Assembly (NCBI GenBank): GCA_965277715.1
Contig: OZ255836.1
Location: 3,424,001-3,488,000 of the forward strand
Reading direction: 5' to 3'
Source of the DNA: Gammaproteobacteria bacterium
GTDB lineage: Bacteria; Pseudomonadota; Gammaproteobacteria; JBCCGL01
Length of the DNA: 64,000 nucleotides
In this document: one piece after another, positions 1 through 12,680 of the stretch
Layout of the letters: the number at the start of each line of letters is the position of its first letter
Position numbering within the stretch: position 1 is the stretch's first letter
The notes under the pieces: generated by a model
Database searches by the model: none
Told to the model about the DNA's origin: nothing
Seen by the model: only the letters and a program-made list of their open reading frames with translations
Translations under genes and position numbers: made by a program

Positions 1-303
1 CTGAGTGGGCCGTTGATGTTGGCCTTTTCAAGGGAAGATCCCGGTGCAGCAGCCCGTATTCTGCGTGAATTTGCCAAGCAGAACAATAAGCTGATTATGC
101 ACAGTGCGGCGGTTGGCGGGCAACTGCTGAGTGCGGCGGAAGTGGATAGGCTGGCTGATATGCCAACCCACGATCAGGCTATCTCTATGTTGATGTCTGT
201 TATGCAGGCCCCGGTTACAAAACTGGCGCGCACACTTAATGAAGTTCCTGGCAAGCTGGTTCGCACTGTGGAAGCTGTCCGCATAGCGAAGCAAGCGGCT
301 TGA
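1..303 (+). CDS. rplJ: 50S ribosomal protein L10, 3' part (5' end outside window)
   Basis: FSREDPGAAAR...LA.MPT.DQAISML...AP.TKLARTLNEVPGKLVR; immediately upstream of rplL. Confidence 0.95.
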   Translation: MSGPLMLAFSREDPGAAARILREFAKQNNKLIMHSAAVGGQLLSAAEVDRLADMPTHDQAISMLMSVMQAPVTKLARTLNEVPGKLVRTVEAVRIAKQAA

Positions 304-378
304 TTTTGCTATTAATTTAACCCGCTTTATGCAAGATGGTTTAATTCTTGCTTTAGCACTGATAACCTGGAGCCTATG

Positions 379-753
379 ATGGCTGTTTCTAAAGAAGATA
401 TTCTCGAAAGTATTTCCAACATGACGGTGATCGAAGTCGTCGATCTCATCTCTGCTATGGAAGAAAAATTTGGTGTAAGCGCTGCCGCTGCTGTCGCTGC
501 CCCTGCCGCTGTTGCGGCTGATGCAGCCCCTGCAGAAGAGCAAACCGAGTTTGACGTTATGCTCACCAGCTTTGGTGAAAACAAAGTGGCCGTTATTAAG
601 GCGGTACGTGCAATCACCGGTCTTGGCTTGAAAGAAGCGAAAGGCCTGGTTGAAAGCGCACCGGCTGCGGTTAAAGAAGCCGCCAGCCAGGGTGAAGCTG
701 ACGACATCAAAAAACAGCTTGAGGAAGCTGGCGCAAGCGTTGAACTTAAGTAA
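379..753 (+). CDS. rplL: 50S ribosomal protein L7/L12
   Basis: [38 protein letters not shown]; GGAG RBS at 369-372 favours ATG 379 over 376. Confidence 0.98.
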   Translation: MAVSKEDILESISNMTVIEVVDLISAMEEKFGVSAAAAVAAPAAVAADAAPAEEQTEFDVMLTSFGENKVAVIKAVRAITGLGLKEAKGLVESAPAAVKEAASQGEADDIKKQLEEAGASVELK

Positions 754-800
754 ACAAGTGCAAATACCCGGGCTGCCGGTTTACGGCTAGCCCGAATGAT

Positions 801-829
801 GGCCGGTAGTTTTGCTGCCGGCCTTTTCT
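801..829 (+). terminator. rplL-rpoB intergenic attenuator/terminator hairpin
   Basis: GGCCGGTAG-TTTTG-CTGCCGGCC stem followed by TTTTCT; same position as the known rplL-rpoB attenuator. Confidence 0.6.
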
Positions 830-929
830 TGCTGGTCAGGTTGTTGTTTTAATCTGCCGCAGGGAATGAATGATTTTACGTCGCATTCGGCGGTGCGGCG
901 TGTACAGGGTTGAATAAAGAGGTACACCA

Positions 930-3900
930 ATGGCTTACTCCTTTACAGAGAAAAAACGCATTCGCAAGGACTTTGGCAAACGTACATCGATTCTGGATGC
1001 ACCATTTTTGCTGCAAACGCAGCTCGATTCGTACCGCACTTTTTTACAGGCCGATAAAACGGCCGAAGAGCGAGTCGATATCGGTTTACAGGGTGCTTTC
1101 AATTCTGTTTTGCCCATCATTAGTTATTCGGGCAATGTCGAGCTTCAGTATGTGAGCTACAAGCTGGGTAAACCGGCGTTTGAAGAGGTCGAGTGTAAAA
1201 TTCGCAGCCTTACCTACTCGGCACCGCTACGCGTGTTGGTACGCCTGGTGATTTTTGACAAAAACGCCCCGGCCAGCAGTAAAGTCGTCAAAGACATCAA
1301 GGAGCAGGAAGTGTTCATGGGTGAACTGCCGCTGATGACCCAAACCGGCACATTTATTATCAATGGTACCGAGCGTGTTATCGTCTCACAGCTACACCGT
1401 TCTCCGGGCGTATTTTTTGACCACGATAAGGGCAAAACGCACTCCTCTGGAAAACTGCTGTTCTCTGCGCGGGTGATTCCCTATCGCGGTTCCTGGCTGG
1501 ATTTTGAATTCGACCCTAAAGATTGCATTTTTACGCGTATCGACCGCCGTCGAAAACTGCCCGCCACTATATTGCTGCGGGCGCTGGGCTATACCACCCA
1601 GGAAATACTCGATACCTTTTTTGAAACGCACAACCTGACGTTTGGGCAAGACAAGATCGAGCTCGATTTGGTCCCCGAGCGTTTGCGCGGTGACACGGCC
1701 GCATTTGATATTAAGGTCAAAAAGAAAGTCATCGTTGAAGCGGGGCGCCGTATCACCATGAAGCACATCCGCGATCTGACCAAAGCGGGTGTCGAAAAAC
1801 TGGAAGTGACCCAGGAATACCTGATGGGTAAGGTGTTGGCGCACGATATTATCGATGAGTCGACTGGCGAAGTGGTATTCAACGCCAATGATGAAATCAC
1901 GGAAGAAGTGCTGCAAAAGATTATTGATTTGGGCGTGGCAAGCTGCCGGGTGCTGTATACCAATGACCTCGATCGTGGCGCTTATATCTCAAATACATTG
2001 CGCATTGACGCGAGCCGTACCGACATTGAGGCACAGGTTGAAATTTACCGCATGATGCGCCCCGGTGAACCACCGACCAAAGACGCCACCCAGGCACTGT
2101 TTAAAAACCTGTTTTTCTCTGAAGACCGCTACGACCTGTCTGCGGTTGGGCGAATGAAATTTAACCGCCGCTTGGGCCGGGAGGAAATTGTCGGCCCCGG
2201 TGTGCTGGATAAGGAAGACATTCTCGCCGTACTCAGTGAGCTGATTAATATCCGTAACGGCAAGGGCGTGGTCGACGATATCGACCACCTGGGCAATCGC
2301 CGCATTCGCTGTGTGGGCGAAATGGCTGAGAACGTATTTCGCATTGGCCTGGTGCGTGTCGAGCGTGCGGTGCGCGAGCGCCTGAGCATGGTCGAGAGCG
2401 AAGGCCTGATGCCGCAGGACATTATTAATGCCAAGCCGGTTGCCGCTGCGGTACGTGAATTCTTTGGCTCCAGCCAGCTCTCGCAGTTTATGGATCAAAA
2501 TAACCCACTGTCAGAAGTGACACACAAACGGCGTGTTTCGGCGCTTGGCCCCGGCGGTCTAACGCGTGAACGAGCAGGCTTTGAAGTGCGCGATGTCCAT
2601 CCAACGCACTACGGTCGGGTGTGCCCGATTGAAACCCCGGAAGGGCCAAACATCGGCCTTATCAACTCGCTGTCGGTGTATGCACGCACGAACACGTATG
2701 GCTTTCTGGAAACCCCGTACCGCAAAGTGGTCGACGGAAAAGTCACCGAAGAAGTCGAATACCTCTCTGCGATTGAAGAGGGCAACTACATCATCGCCCA
2801 GGCAAACGCCACACTGAATACCAAAGGCAGCCTGACCGATGGGTTGGTGTCCTGTCGCCACATGAATGAATTTTCTATGGCGACCCCGGACAAGGTGCAG
2901 TATATGGATGTTTCGCCCAAGCAGATCGTCTCGGTGGCGGCATCGATGATCCCCTTCCTGGAGCACGATGATGCCAACCGCGCATTGATGGGGTCAAACA
3001 TGCAACGCCAGGCAGTGCCTACACTGCGCGCTGAAAAGCCCCTGGTCGGCACGGGTATGGAGCGTACCGTCGCGGTCGATTCGGGTGCCACCGTTACCGC
3101 CCGCCGTGGTGGTGTGGTCGATTCGGTCGATGCGGCGCGCATCGTTGTGCGCGTTAGCGATGAAGAGGCCGGAGACGACAACGTCGGGGTCGATATTTAC
3201 ACACTGACCAAATACACCCGTTCCAACCAGAACACCTGCATCAACCAAAAGCCACTGGTATCGCCTGGCGATATTATTGCGCGTGGTGATGTGCTCGCCG
3301 ATGGCCCCTCTACCGATATGGGCGAACTGGCGCTGGGGCAAAACATGCTGGTCGCGTTTATGCCGTGGAATGGCTACAACTTTGAAGATTCGATTCTGAT
3401 CTCCGAGCGCGTTGTGCAGGAAGACCGTTTCACCACTATCCACATCGAAGAATTAAGCTGTGTGGCGCGTGATACCAAGCTGGGGCCGGAGGAAATTACA
3501 GCGGATATTCCCAATGTCAATGAAGGCCTGCTGTCAAAGCTGGACGAGTCGGGCATTGTCTATGTGGGCGCAGAGGTTAAGCCGGGCGATATACTGGTCG
3601 GTAAAGTCACTCCTAAAGGTGAAACCCAGCTAACCCCGGAAGAAAAACTGCTGCGCGCCATTTTTGGTGAGAAAGCCTCCGATGTTAAAGACACCTCACA
3701 ACGTGTGCCCTCCGGTATGGACGGTACAGTCATCGATGTGCGCGTATTCACCCGCGATGGTGTCGATAAAGACACGCGTGCGCTGGACATTGAAAAAGAC
3801 GAACTCAAGCAGGTGCGCAAAGACCTCGACGATCAACTGCGCATTATCGAAGATGATATCTTTGCCCGTGTGGAAAAATTAATTGTCGGCGGTATTGTCG

Positions 3901-5012
3901 CCAAAGCGCCGGGTGGTTTGGGCAAGGGTGACACCGTTAATAAAGCCTACCTCGACGAGTTGGAGCGCGAGCAGTGGTTTGATATCGGCATGAAAGACGA
4001 AGAGGTCAATCTGCAACTGGAAAAATCGCTGGTGCAGATCAAAGATCAGCGCGAACTGTTTGACCGGAAATTCCTTGAACAGAAAGAAAAAATCACCTCG
4101 GGTGATGATCTGGCGCCCGGCGTGTTGAAGATGGTCAAGGTGTATCTGGCGGTAAAACGCCGCCTGCAACCCGGTGATAAAATGGCGGGTCGTCACGGTA
4201 ACAAAGGAGTTATCTCGATGATCGTGCCGCGTGAAGATATGCCGTATATGGCAGACGGCACGTCGGTCGATGTGGCGCTCAACCCGCTGGGTGTTCCCTC
4301 GCGTATGAACGTTGGCCAGGTGCTGGAAACACACCTGGGCTGGGCGGCCAAAGGGCTGGGTAAAAAGATTGGCCAGCTACTCGATGCGCAAAAGAAAGTC
4401 AACGAAGTGCGCTCGTTCCTCGACAAAATATACAACCACAAACAATCGGTTAACAAGGTCGACCTGAAAAGCCTGAGTGACGTGGAAATTATGACGATGG
4501 CGCGCAACCTACGGGCAGGTGTGCCGATGGCAACCCCGGTATTTGACGGCGCCAGCGAGGCGGAAATCCACGAAATGCTGGCGCTGGCCGGTTTGCCTGA
4601 AAGTGGTCAGGCCGAGCTGATCGACGGGCGCACGGGCGATGGGTTTGGTCGGCCAGTAACGGTTGGCTACATGCATATGCTCAAGCTCAACCACCTGGTC
4701 GATGACAAAATGCACGCCCGTTCAACCGGGCCGTACAGCCTGGTTACCCAGCAGCCCCTGGGCGGTAAAGCGCAGTTTGGTGGCCAGCGTTTTGGGGAAA
4801 TGGAGGTATGGGCGCTGGAAGCGTATGGCGCTGCATACACCCTCCAGGAAATGCTTACTGTGAAGTCTGATGATGTCAATGGCCGTAACAAGATGTACAA
4901 AAACATCGTCGATGGCGACCACCGGATGGAAGCGGGTATGCCGGAATCCTTCAATGTACTGTTGAAAGAAATCCGCTCGCTGGGCATCAATATTGAGCTC
5001 GACCAAGATTAA
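930..5012 (+). CDS. rpoB: RNA polymerase beta subunit
   Basis: 1360 aa; [48 protein letters not shown]. Confidence 0.99.
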   Translation: MAYSFTEKKRIRKDFGKRTSILDAPFLLQTQLDSYRTFLQADKTAEERVDIGLQGAFNSVLPIISYSGNVELQYVSYKLGKPAFEEVECKIRSLTYSAPLRVLVRLVIFDKNAPASSKVVKDIKEQEVFMGELPLMTQTGTFIINGTERVIVSQLHRSPGVFFDHDKGKTHSSGKLLFSARVIPYRGSWLDFEFDPKDCIFTRIDRRRKLPATILLRALGYTTQEILDTFFETHNLTFGQDKIELDLVPERLRGDTAAFDIKVKKKVIVEAGRRITMKHIRDLTKAGVEKLEVTQEYLMGKVLAHDIIDESTGEVVFNANDEITEEVLQKIIDLGVASCRVLYTNDLDRGAYISNTLRIDASRTDIEAQVEIYRMMRPGEPPTKDATQALFKNLFFSEDRYDLSAVGRMKFNRRLGREEIVGPGVLDKEDILAVLSELINIRNGKGVVDDIDHLGNRRIRCVGEMAENVFRIGLVRVERAVRERLSMVESEGLMPQDIINAKPVAAAVREFFGSSQLSQFMDQNNPLSEVTHKRRVSALGPGGLTRERAGFEVRDVHPTHYGRVCPIETPEGPNIGLINSLSVYARTNTYGFLETPYRKVVDGKVTEEVEYLSAIEEGNYIIAQANATLNTKGSLTDGLVSCRHMNEFSMATPDKVQYMDVSPKQIVSVAASMIPFLEHDDANRALMGSNMQRQAVPTLRAEKPLVGTGMERTVAVDSGATVTARRGGVVDSVDAARIVVRVSDEEAGDDNVGVDIYTLTKYTRSNQNTCINQKPLVSPGDIIARGDVLADGPSTDMGELALGQNMLVAFMPWNGYNFEDSILISERVVQEDRFTTIHIEELSCVARDTKLGPEEITADIPNVNEGLLSKLDESGIVYVGAEVKPGDILVGKVTPKGETQLTPEEKLLRAIFGEKASDVKDTSQRVPSGMDGTVIDVRVFTRDGVDKDTRALDIEKDELKQVRKDLDDQLRIIEDDIFARVEKLIVGGIVAKAPGGLGKGDTVNKAYLDELEREQWFDIGMKDEEVNLQLEKSLVQIKDQRELFDRKFLEQKEKITSGDDLAPGVLKMVKVYLAVKRRLQPGDKMAGRHGNKGVISMIVPREDMPYMADGTSVDVALNPLGVPSRMNVGQVLETHLGWAAKGLGKKIGQLLDAQKKVNEVRSFLDKIYNHKQSVNKVDLKSLSDVEIMTMARNLRAGVPMATPVFDGASEAEIHEMLALAGLPESGQAELIDGRTGDGFGRPVTVGYMHMLKLNHLVDDKMHARSTGPYSLVTQQPLGGKAQFGGQRFGEMEVWALEAYGAAYTLQEMLTVKSDDVNGRNKMYKNIVDGDHRMEAGMPESFNVLLKEIRSLGINIELDQD

Positions 5013-5088
5013 GTCCAGCGCCGTCAGCCAATAGGCAGATGACCGCTACATACAGAATACGCTGATACATTTAGCGACCGGAGATACC

Positions 5089-8000
5089 ATGAAAGATTTA
5101 CTTAATCTCTACAAAGTACAGGGACAAGTAGAAGACTTTGATTCAATTCGAATCGGTCTCGCCTCGCCCGATATGATCCGTTCCTGGTCATACGGTGAAG
5201 TGCGCAAGCCGGAAACCATCAACTACCGCACCTTTAAGCCGGAGCGCGATGGGCTGTTCTGCGCCAAGATCTTTGGCCCGGTAAAAGACTATGAGTGCCT
5301 GTGTGGTAAATACAAACGCCTCAAACACCGGGGAGTTGTCTGCGAAAAATGCGGGGTTGAAGTCACCCAAATCAAAGTGCGCCGCGAACGCATGGGGCAT
5401 ATCGACCTCGCCAGCCCCTGCGCGCACATCTGGTTTTTGAAATCGCTGCCCTCGCGCATTGGCCTGCTATTGGATATGACGCTGCGTGAAATCGAACGCA
5501 TTTTGTACTTTGAAGCCTACGTAGTGATCGACCCGGGCCTGACGACACTGGAAAAAGGCCAGTTGCTCTCTGATGAACAATACCTGGAGGCGATAGAGGA
5601 ACACGGCGATGAGTTCGACGCCCGCATGGGTGCTGAAGCCGTGCGCGATCTGCTCAAAGTCGTCGACCTGGAAAGAGAAGACCGCCGCCTGCGTGAGGAA
5701 ATGAGCGAAACCAAATCGGAAACCAAAATCAAACGCTACTCCAAGCGGTTGAAACTGATCGAATCGTTTGTCGACTCTGGTAACAAGCCGGAGTGGATGG
5801 TAATGACCGTACTGCCGGTATTGCCACCGGATCTGCGCCCGCTGGTGCCACTGGATGGTGGGCGATTCGCCACCTCCGATTTGAACGATTTATACCGCCG
5901 TGTGATCAACCGCAACAACCGCCTGCGCCGCCTGCTGGAACTGAATGCACCGGACATTATCGTGCGCAACGAAAAGCGCATGTTGCAGGAATCGGTCGAT
6001 GCACTGCTGGATAATGGCCGCCGTGGCCGTGCGATCACAGGCAGCAACAAACGCCCGCTAAAATCACTGGCAGATATGATTAAAGGTAAGCAGGGGCGTT
6101 TCCGCCAAAACCTGCTGGGCAAACGCGTCGACTACTCGGGGCGCTCCGTTATCGTGGTTGGCCCTACCCTAAAGCTCCACCAGTGCGGTCTGCCAAAAAA
6201 GATGGCGCTGGAACTGTTTAAGCCCTTTATCTTCAGCAAACTGCACTTGCGCGGCCAGGCCACCACCATCAAGGCGGCAAAGAAAATGGTCGAGCGCGAA
6301 GGTGGAGAGGTCTGGGATATTCTCGAAGAAGTGATTCGCGAACACCCGGTCATGCTGAACCGGGCGCCCACCTTGCACCGGCTGGGCATCCAGGCATTTG
6401 AGCCGGTGTTGGTTGAAGGTAAAGCCATCCAGCTACACCCATTGGTGTGCGCCGCGTTTAACGCCGACTTTGACGGCGACCAAATGGCCGTGCACGTACC
6501 GCTGGGCATTGAGGCACAACTGGAAGCGCGTGCACTAATGATGTCCAGCAATAACGTGCTCTCTCCTGCCAACGGTGAGCCGATTATTGTTCCCTCGCAG
6601 GACATCGTACTGGGTCTGTACTATATGACCCGCGAAAAAATCAACGCCAAAGGTGAGGGCATGGTATTTGCCGATATCATCGAATGCCGACGGGCGTTTG
6701 ACCTCGGTTTAGTCGATTTACAGGCAATTGTTCAAGTCCGTGTTAAAGATCTACTGGAAAATCAGGACGGTGACAGCACGATGGGCATTCGCCGTGCAAA
6801 AACCACCGTGGGCCGGGCCATCGTATCTGAATTGTTGCCCGATGGCCTGCCGTTTAAACTGGTCGATCGCGACTTGTCGAAAAAGGCCATCTCCAACTTG
6901 ATCAATGTGTGTTACCGCCAGATTGGTTTAAAAGAGACCGTCGTTTTCGCCGATCAACTGATGTACACCGGCTTTAGATACGCCACCTTCTCCGGCGTGT
7001 CGATTGGTGTGGAAGACATGGTTATCCCCCAGGAGAAATACGACATCATCGATGGGGCTGAGAGCGAAGTAAAAGAAATCGAAAACCAGTACTCATCCGG
7101 CCTGGTTACCTTTGGTGAGCGCTACAACAAAGTAGTCGATATCTGGTCACACGCCAACGAACAAGTGGCCACCGCTATGATGGGCAAGCTGGGCACCGAA
7201 CAGGTTGAAAATGCGGCGGGCGAAACCGTCGAGCAGAAATCATTCAACTCTATTTACATGATGGCCGACTCGGGTGCGCGTGGTTCTGCGGCGCAAATCA
7301 GGCAACTGGCCGGGATGCGCGGCCTGATGGCCAAGCCGGATGGGTCGATTATTGAAACGCCCATCACCGCCAACTTCCGCGAGGGCTTGAACGTACTGCA
7401 ATACTTTATCTCCACACACGGTGCGCGCAAGGGCCTGGCTGATACCGCCTTGAAAACGGCGAACTCCGGTTACCTGACCCGCCGCCTGGTTGACGTTGGC
7501 CAGGACATGGTCGTCACCGAAGTCGACTGCGGTGTTGAAGAAGGCTTGACAATGACGCCAGTGATTGAGGGGGGGGATGTTGTCGAGCCTTTGAGCGAGC
7601 GCGTCCTGGGGCGTGTTGTCGTGCATGACATCTGCCGTCCGGGCACCGATGAAGTCATTATCGAAAAAGGTACATTAATCGATGAAGCCTGTGTCGATAT
7701 CTTTGAAGCGGCGAGTGTCGACCAGATTATCGTGCGCACATCGATTAGCTGTAAGGCTAAATTTGGTGTGTGTGCCAAATGCTACGGTCGCGATCTGGCG
7801 CGTGGCAACCTAATCGACCAGGGCGAAGCGGTGGGCGTTATGGCGGCACAATCCATCGGTGAGCCGGGCACCCAGTTGACCATGCGCACCTTCCACATCG
7901 GCGGCGCGGCCAGTCGTTCTGCCGCAGCCAACAACGTAGAAATAAAATACGGTGGCAGCGTCCGTTTCCACAACCTCAAACACGTCAGCAACAAAAACGA

Positions 8001-9330
8001 CAACGTCGTCGCGGTTTCGCGCTCGGGCGAATTGGGTGTTGTCGATGAAAATGGCCGTGAGCGCGAACGCTACAAAATCCCTTATGGTGCCGTTATCACA
8101 GTGGCCGACAAGGGTGCCGTTGAGGCGGGGCAGGTCGTGGCTACCTGGGACCCGCACACCCACCCAATCATCACCGAAGTGGCCGGTGTGTTGCAGTTTA
8201 GCGACTTCCTTGAAGGCGCCAGCGTTAACACCGAGACAGATGAAATCACCGGCTTGTCATCGAGTGTGGTCATCGACCCGAAACAGCGCCGCAGCAGTGG
8301 TAAAGACCTGCGCCCAATGATCAAACTGGTCGACGCTGAAGGCAATGACCTGTGTTACATCAGTACAGATATCCCCGCGCATTACTTCCTGCCCACCGGA
8401 GCCATCGTCAACCTTGAAGACGGTGCCCACGTGGAAGTGGGTGACGTGGTTGCCCGTATCCCACAAGAGTCTTCAAAAACCCGCGACATTACCGGTGGCC
8501 TGCCGCGTGTGGCCGACTTGTTTGAAGCGCGCAAACCGAAAGAGCCTGCGATCCTGGCTGAAATTACCGGCACCATCAGCTTTGGTAAAGAGACCAAAGG
8601 TAAGCAGCGCCTGGTTATCACCGGCGACCACGACGAGCGCTACGAAGAGCTGATTCCAAAATGGCGTCACGTCAATGTGTTTGAAGGTGAGCGCGTCGAG
8701 CGCGGTGAAATGATCGCCGATGGCGAACCTAACCCGCAGGACATCCTGCGCCTGCTGGGCGTTGCCGAGCTGGCTGCCTACCTGGTCAAGGAAATTCAGG
8801 ATGTTTACCGCCTGCAAGGCGTGAAAATCAACGACAAACACATCGAAGTGATCGTCCGGCAGATGTTGCGCAAAGCTGAGATCCTGGAATCGGGTGACTC
8901 AACCTACCTGCGCAGTGAACAGGCAGACTATGCCCGCGTAAAAGAAGCCAACGAACAGCTCGTTGCCGAGGGCAAAGAACCGGCCAAATTTGAGCGTATT
9001 TTATTGGGTATCACCAAGGCATCACTGGTTACCGATTCGTTTATTTCGGCGGCCTCTTTCCAGGAAACCACGCGGGTACTCACCGAAGCCGCCGTGCGCG
9101 GTGCCAAAGACGAACTGCGCGGCCTGAAAGAAAACGTCATTGTGGGTCGACTGATCCCGGCGGGCACAGGCCTGGCGTTCCACGAAGAGCGGCGTCAACG
9201 CCGTGAATCGTTATCATTTGAGGCGTTTGCAGCGTCTGATATGGCCACGGGCGGAGAGACCAGTGTCGTAGAAGGCGTCGAAGCCGCTGGTGATGTTGTT
9301 GCAGAGGAAACGCAGGAAACAAACATTTGA
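5089..9330 (+). CDS. rpoC: RNA polymerase beta' subunit
   Basis: 1413 aa; catalytic NADFDGD, N-terminal Zn-finger cysteines. Confidence 0.99.
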   Translation: MKDLLNLYKVQGQVEDFDSIRIGLASPDMIRSWSYGEVRKPETINYRTFKPERDGLFCAKIFGPVKDYECLCGKYKRLKHRGVVCEKCGVEVTQIKVRRERMGHIDLASPCAHIWFLKSLPSRIGLLLDMTLREIERILYFEAYVVIDPGLTTLEKGQLLSDEQYLEAIEEHGDEFDARMGAEAVRDLLKVVDLEREDRRLREEMSETKSETKIKRYSKRLKLIESFVDSGNKPEWMVMTVLPVLPPDLRPLVPLDGGRFATSDLNDLYRRVINRNNRLRRLLELNAPDIIVRNEKRMLQESVDALLDNGRRGRAITGSNKRPLKSLADMIKGKQGRFRQNLLGKRVDYSGRSVIVVGPTLKLHQCGLPKKMALELFKPFIFSKLHLRGQATTIKAAKKMVEREGGEVWDILEEVIREHPVMLNRAPTLHRLGIQAFEPVLVEGKAIQLHPLVCAAFNADFDGDQMAVHVPLGIEAQLEARALMMSSNNVLSPANGEPIIVPSQDIVLGLYYMTREKINAKGEGMVFADIIECRRAFDLGLVDLQAIVQVRVKDLLENQDGDSTMGIRRAKTTVGRAIVSELLPDGLPFKLVDRDLSKKAISNLINVCYRQIGLKETVVFADQLMYTGFRYATFSGVSIGVEDMVIPQEKYDIIDGAESEVKEIENQYSSGLVTFGERYNKVVDIWSHANEQVATAMMGKLGTEQVENAAGETVEQKSFNSIYMMADSGARGSAAQIRQLAGMRGLMAKPDGSIIETPITANFREGLNVLQYFISTHGARKGLADTALKTANSGYLTRRLVDVGQDMVVTEVDCGVEEGLTMTPVIEGGDVVEPLSERVLGRVVVHDICRPGTDEVIIEKGTLIDEACVDIFEAASVDQIIVRTSISCKAKFGVCAKCYGRDLARGNLIDQGEAVGVMAAQSIGEPGTQLTMRTFHIGGAASRSAAANNVEIKYGGSVRFHNLKHVSNKNDNVVAVSRSGELGVVDENGRERERYKIPYGAVITVADKGAVEAGQVVATWDPHTHPIITEVAGVLQFSDFLEGASVNTETDEITGLSSSVVIDPKQRRSSGKDLRPMIKLVDAEGNDLCYISTDIPAHYFLPTGAIVNLEDGAHVEVGDVVARIPQESSKTRDITGGLPRVADLFEARKPKEPAILAEITGTISFGKETKGKQRLVITGDHDERYEELIPKWRHVNVFEGERVERGEMIADGEPNPQDILRLLGVAELAAYLVKEIQDVYRLQGVKINDKHIEVIVRQMLRKAEILESGDSTYLRSEQADYARVKEANEQLVAEGKEPAKFERILLGITKASLVTDSFISAASFQETTRVLTEAAVRGAKDELRGLKENVIVGRLIPAGTGLAFHEERRQRRESLSFEAFAASDMATGGETSVVEGVEAAGDVVAEETQETNI

Positions 9331-9354
9331 GCTAACCGCGCTCATTCGGTTTAT

Positions 9355-9386
9355 AACGTGCCTCGCTATTTGACGAGGCACGTTTT
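9355..9386 (+). terminator. rho-independent terminator after rpoC
   Basis: AACGTGCCTCG-8nt-CGAGGCACGTT followed by TT. Confidence 0.75.
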
Positions 9387-9610
9387 GGCATAACGTTAGA
9401 GGAAAAAAGATCAGGCGAGTTATTTGCTATTCAACTGATTTTCAATTTGATGCATCACCTCTTTAGGCTCTTCTTGTCTAGACCCCATGTATCAGCTTGC
9501 GTGCAAGTTAATTTATATCAGAAGCCTGTCGAGTCTATACTAAATAACTGGCCTGACCCCCTCTGTTTCCCTCTGTTACTCTGTCGCCCTCTGTCTTTCG
9601 TGATACCCGA

Positions 9611-10324
9611 TTAGCTCAACTCAAATATATCCTTCAAATCCTGGGATGGTCTGTTTTTGGTAAACGAGAGATCCCGCTCGATTTCGTCGAGGTGATCGGT
9701 GGTCAATTGCAGCGCGAGTGCTTCATCCCGCATGGCAATGGCGGCGGTGATTTTTTCGTGCTCATCGTAAGAGCACATAACGTGCTCGGACTTTCCGTAA
9801 AGCCCAATAATGAGCGAGGTGCGGGTAATAAGCTCTTCGAGAATGGTTGCGAGCACACTATTACCGCTCTTTTTGCCCAATAGAATATGAAATTCCCCCG
9901 AGAACTGAATAGCGCTGTGCTCTTCATGTTTGCTTTGTGCTTCGCGGTCTTTGTCGATAAGCGCACGAAAATCATCGATATCTGATTCGGTACAGTTCTC
10001 GATCACTTTGTGAACAATCGTGGTTTCAATGGATCGTCGTGCCTCAAATATATTCTGTGCCTCGTGGGCACTGGGCGTTGCAACGAATGCGCCACGGTTG
10101 GGTTTAAGCTCGACGATGTTCTTATTGGCAAGGCGTTGTAATGCGCTTCGCACCCGGCCCCGCGTCGTTGAAAAAACCTCACAAAGCGATTCTTCCCCCA
10201 ATTTGGTGCCTGCCCGTAGCCGATGACTGAGAATGGCACGGTAGATTTCGTCGACAATCAGTGTATCTGTAAGGGGACGGTTCAAGGGTGATTCCTTGGG
10301 ATAGGGTGGTTTTGAAGGTGTCAT
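9611..10324 (-). CDS. GntR/FadR-family transcriptional regulator (FCD domain)
   Basis: wHTH LRAGTKLGEESLCEVFSTTRGRVRSAL..PNRGAFV; FCD FH..L...SGN, EH..I; start chosen at ATG 10324 because the longer ORF overlaps the operator region. Confidence 0.9.
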   Translation of the reverse strand: MTPSKPPYPKESPLNRPLTDTLIVDEIYRAILSHRLRAGTKLGEESLCEVFSTTRGRVRSALQRLANKNIVELKPNRGAFVATPSAHEAQNIFEARRSIETTIVHKVIENCTESDIDDFRALIDKDREAQSKHEEHSAIQFSGEFHILLGKKSGNSVLATILEELITRTSLIIGLYGKSEHVMCSYDEHEKITAAIAMRDEALALQLTTDHLDEIERDLSFTKNRPSQDLKDIFELS

Positions 10325-10394
10325 GTAGCGTATCCACTTTAGCGGAATAGTAGCCGGTCTGGTTTGCAGAGATCTACTATAATTATCGCTAACA

Positions 10395-10455
10395 ATATTG
10401 TGCACAATATAAATATCCATTAGCATGACGTGGATTACATATTGTTTACAATATG
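10395..10455. promoter_or_regulatory. two palindromic GntR-type operators in divergent promoter
   Basis: perfect ATATTGTGCACAATAT (10395-10410) and CATATTGT-TT-ACAATATG (10438-10455); TTGTnnACAA resembles FadR-subfamily sites. Confidence 0.7.
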
Positions 10456-10517
10456 AATATAGCAGTGCGGTACAACTACATTAACGACGACAAGGTTTTC
10501 CACTTGGAGGATAAACA

Positions 10518-11708
10518 ATGAACCAACGAAGAAGATTTTTACAATCCCTCGCTGTAACAACAGTGCTTGGCATGGGTGTTTTAACCGGTGCCCAAGCGGA
10601 TAACAAAGTACTGAACATCGGCTTTGTGGGGGTTACCAGCGGCCCTGCCGCCGCCTGGGGTATTTCTAACAAACGCTCAATGGAAGTGCGCGCCGCGTGG
10701 ATCAACGAAACCGGCGGCTGGAAGATAGGCGATACAACATACGATATTAATATTGTCTCGTTCGACGACCAAAAAGACCCTAAACGTGCGATTGCAGGGA
10801 TGGAAAAAATGGCACAGGAAGGCATTCACTACGTGGTTGGTCCCAATGTTGACGATGGCGCTGCCGCCGTTCGCCCAGTGGCCGAGAAGAGCGGGATTAT
10901 GTACTTCCCCTACGCATTTCCTAAATCGCTGTATCAAAAGCCAGCGTCTAACGCCGTGCTGGGCATGATCGCCAACTACCAGTCCGGCCCGGCTATCTAT
11001 AAATACCTGCGTGACAACAAAGGGGTTAAAACCGTCGCGTTTATCGCGGCTAACGAATCTGACCCCCTGAGCCAGCGTGATGGCGGTGTGGCTGCCGCCA
11101 AAGCCTTGGGCCTGGAAGTTGTCTCGGACAATGTTACCTACCAGGTCGATACGACTGATTTCACCCCGGTAATAACCCCCGTATTGCGCAAGCGACCGGA
11201 TTTGCTGGTGTTGTCTGGGGTAGCCCCCGCGAATGCGCCACAGATTATCCGCTCTGCGCGTGAGCTGGGTTTTCAAGGCTTAATGTCGACTGAAACGGCG
11301 CAGGATGCACAGGTACTGGCAGAAGGTGCAGGTGATTTGGCCAACGGCTTTATTTCTGTGGGTGGTGCATCAACACCTGCGATTCGCTCGGCTGAAATGG
11401 AAGAGTTTATTGCCCGGTACACCGCGATGTTTGGCGAATACAACGATGAGTCCAACACCAAGGTATACGCACTCGAATACATCCTTGAAACCTTGAAAAC
11501 CAATCCGGCGGCGATTCAGGATGTCAGCCAGTTTCAGAAAACCATGGATACATTTGAGGTGAAAAATATCTATATGAAAGGCGATGCCAAGCTCAAATAT
11601 GTGGGTACAACGTCGTTCGGCCAAAAGCGTCAAGTGTCTGTACCTATGGTGGTCAATGAGTATCGCGATGGTGAATTCAAAACACTGTTTATCGCTGAAG
11701 TCGATTAA
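10518..11708 (+). CDS. ABC transporter substrate-binding protein, LivK/branched-chain amino acid family
   Basis: signal peptide with RRRFL, IGFVGVTSGPAAAWG, DDQKDP, TDFTPVIT. Confidence 0.9.
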   Translation: MNQRRRFLQSLAVTTVLGMGVLTGAQADNKVLNIGFVGVTSGPAAAWGISNKRSMEVRAAWINETGGWKIGDTTYDINIVSFDDQKDPKRAIAGMEKMAQEGIHYVVGPNVDDGAAAVRPVAEKSGIMYFPYAFPKSLYQKPASNAVLGMIANYQSGPAIYKYLRDNKGVKTVAFIAANESDPLSQRDGGVAAAKALGLEVVSDNVTYQVDTTDFTPVITPVLRKRPDLLVLSGVAPANAPQIIRSARELGFQGLMSTETAQDAQVLAEGAGDLANGFISVGGASTPAIRSAEMEEFIARYTAMFGEYNDESNTKVYALEYILETLKTNPAAIQDVSQFQKTMDTFEVKNIYMKGDAKLKYVGTTSFGQKRQVSVPMVVNEYRDGEFKTLFIAEVD

Positions 11709-11756
11709 TTTTTTGTCAATGGGGTAACGACTCTCTCCTACCTCACTTTGGTAATT

Positions 11757-11788
11757 TGAGGGCTTTGCTTTAAAGCCCTCATTTTTTT
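11757..11788 (+). terminator. stem-loop after SBP gene (partial terminator / mRNA stabiliser)
   Basis: TGAGGGCTTT-5nt-AAAGCCCTCA followed by T7. Confidence 0.65.
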
Positions 11789-11806
11789 GGTTTTTCTGGT
11801 TTTTTT

Positions 11807-12676
11807 ATGGAACAAGTGATCGCCAACGGGCTATACCTGGGCGCGCAATACGCGCTGATTGCACTCGGCCTAACGCTCATATTCGCGCTGATGAATGTGC
11901 TTAATTTTGCACACGGACAAATGTACGTCGTCGGCGGCTTTGTTACCTACACCTTTTACGGGCAGCTTGGCCTGCCGTTTCCTATTGCACTGTGTGCCTC
12001 TGGCATTACCCTGGCGGTGCTGGGTGCATTAATTGAAAAATACCTGTTTCGCACCGTTATCAGGCGCAGTGTGCGCGAAGAGAGCACGATGCTATTGGCG
12101 GCCGCGATTGCCTTTTTTCTCGATGCGCTCATTCTGCTGATATTCGGTGAGAAACAACGCGGTGTGCCCAAAATAGTGGATGGCGTACTCAACTGGGATT
12201 TTCGAATCATCATGCCGTACGACCGCATTTTTATCGGATTTCTGGCCGTTTTTATTATCGCCGGTTTCGTACTTTATATGCAGTACAGCAAAACCGGTAG
12301 AGCGATGCGCGCACTGGCGCAGGATCGCATCGCGGCCCAGTTGATGGGCGTGCGTGTTGACCGCTATTCAATGATTGGCTTTGCATTGGGCGCGATGCTC
12401 GCCGGTGTTGTTGGTGGTTTATTGGTCACCATTACGGGCGTTAACTCCGGCATTGGCGGGCCGATCTCTATCAAGGCATTTATGATGGTGATGATCGGTG
12501 GGGCGGGGGTTATCTCCGGCGCGATTATCGGTGGATTTATCCTGGGTATGATGGAATCTGTCGGGCTGACCGTACTGTCCCAGTACGGTGATATTACCTA
12601 CCTGGTGATTTTTGCATCGCTGATGATTTTTCTGGCCATTCGCCCGCAAGGGTTGATGGGCAAACCGTGGGGCTGA
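11807..12676 (+). CDS. ABC transporter permease, LivH type
   Basis: YALIALGLTLIF..NFAHG, GRAMRA, RPQGLMG. Confidence 0.9.
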   Translation: MEQVIANGLYLGAQYALIALGLTLIFALMNVLNFAHGQMYVVGGFVTYTFYGQLGLPFPIALCASGITLAVLGALIEKYLFRTVIRRSVREESTMLLAAAIAFFLDALILLIFGEKQRGVPKIVDGVLNWDFRIIMPYDRIFIGFLAVFIIAGFVLYMQYSKTGRAMRALAQDRIAAQLMGVRVDRYSMIGFALGAMLAGVVGGLLVTITGVNSGIGGPISIKAFMMVMIGGAGVISGAIIGGFILGMMESVGLTVLSQYGDITYLVIFASLMIFLAIRPQGLMGKPWG

Positions 12677-12680
12677 TGCA

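Noticed and set aside
930-9330. Many antisense/overlapping ORFs in rpoBC (also in rnf, hrpA, recG)
   Set aside because: These are shadow ORFs from GC-rich codon bias, with no RBS or motifs.
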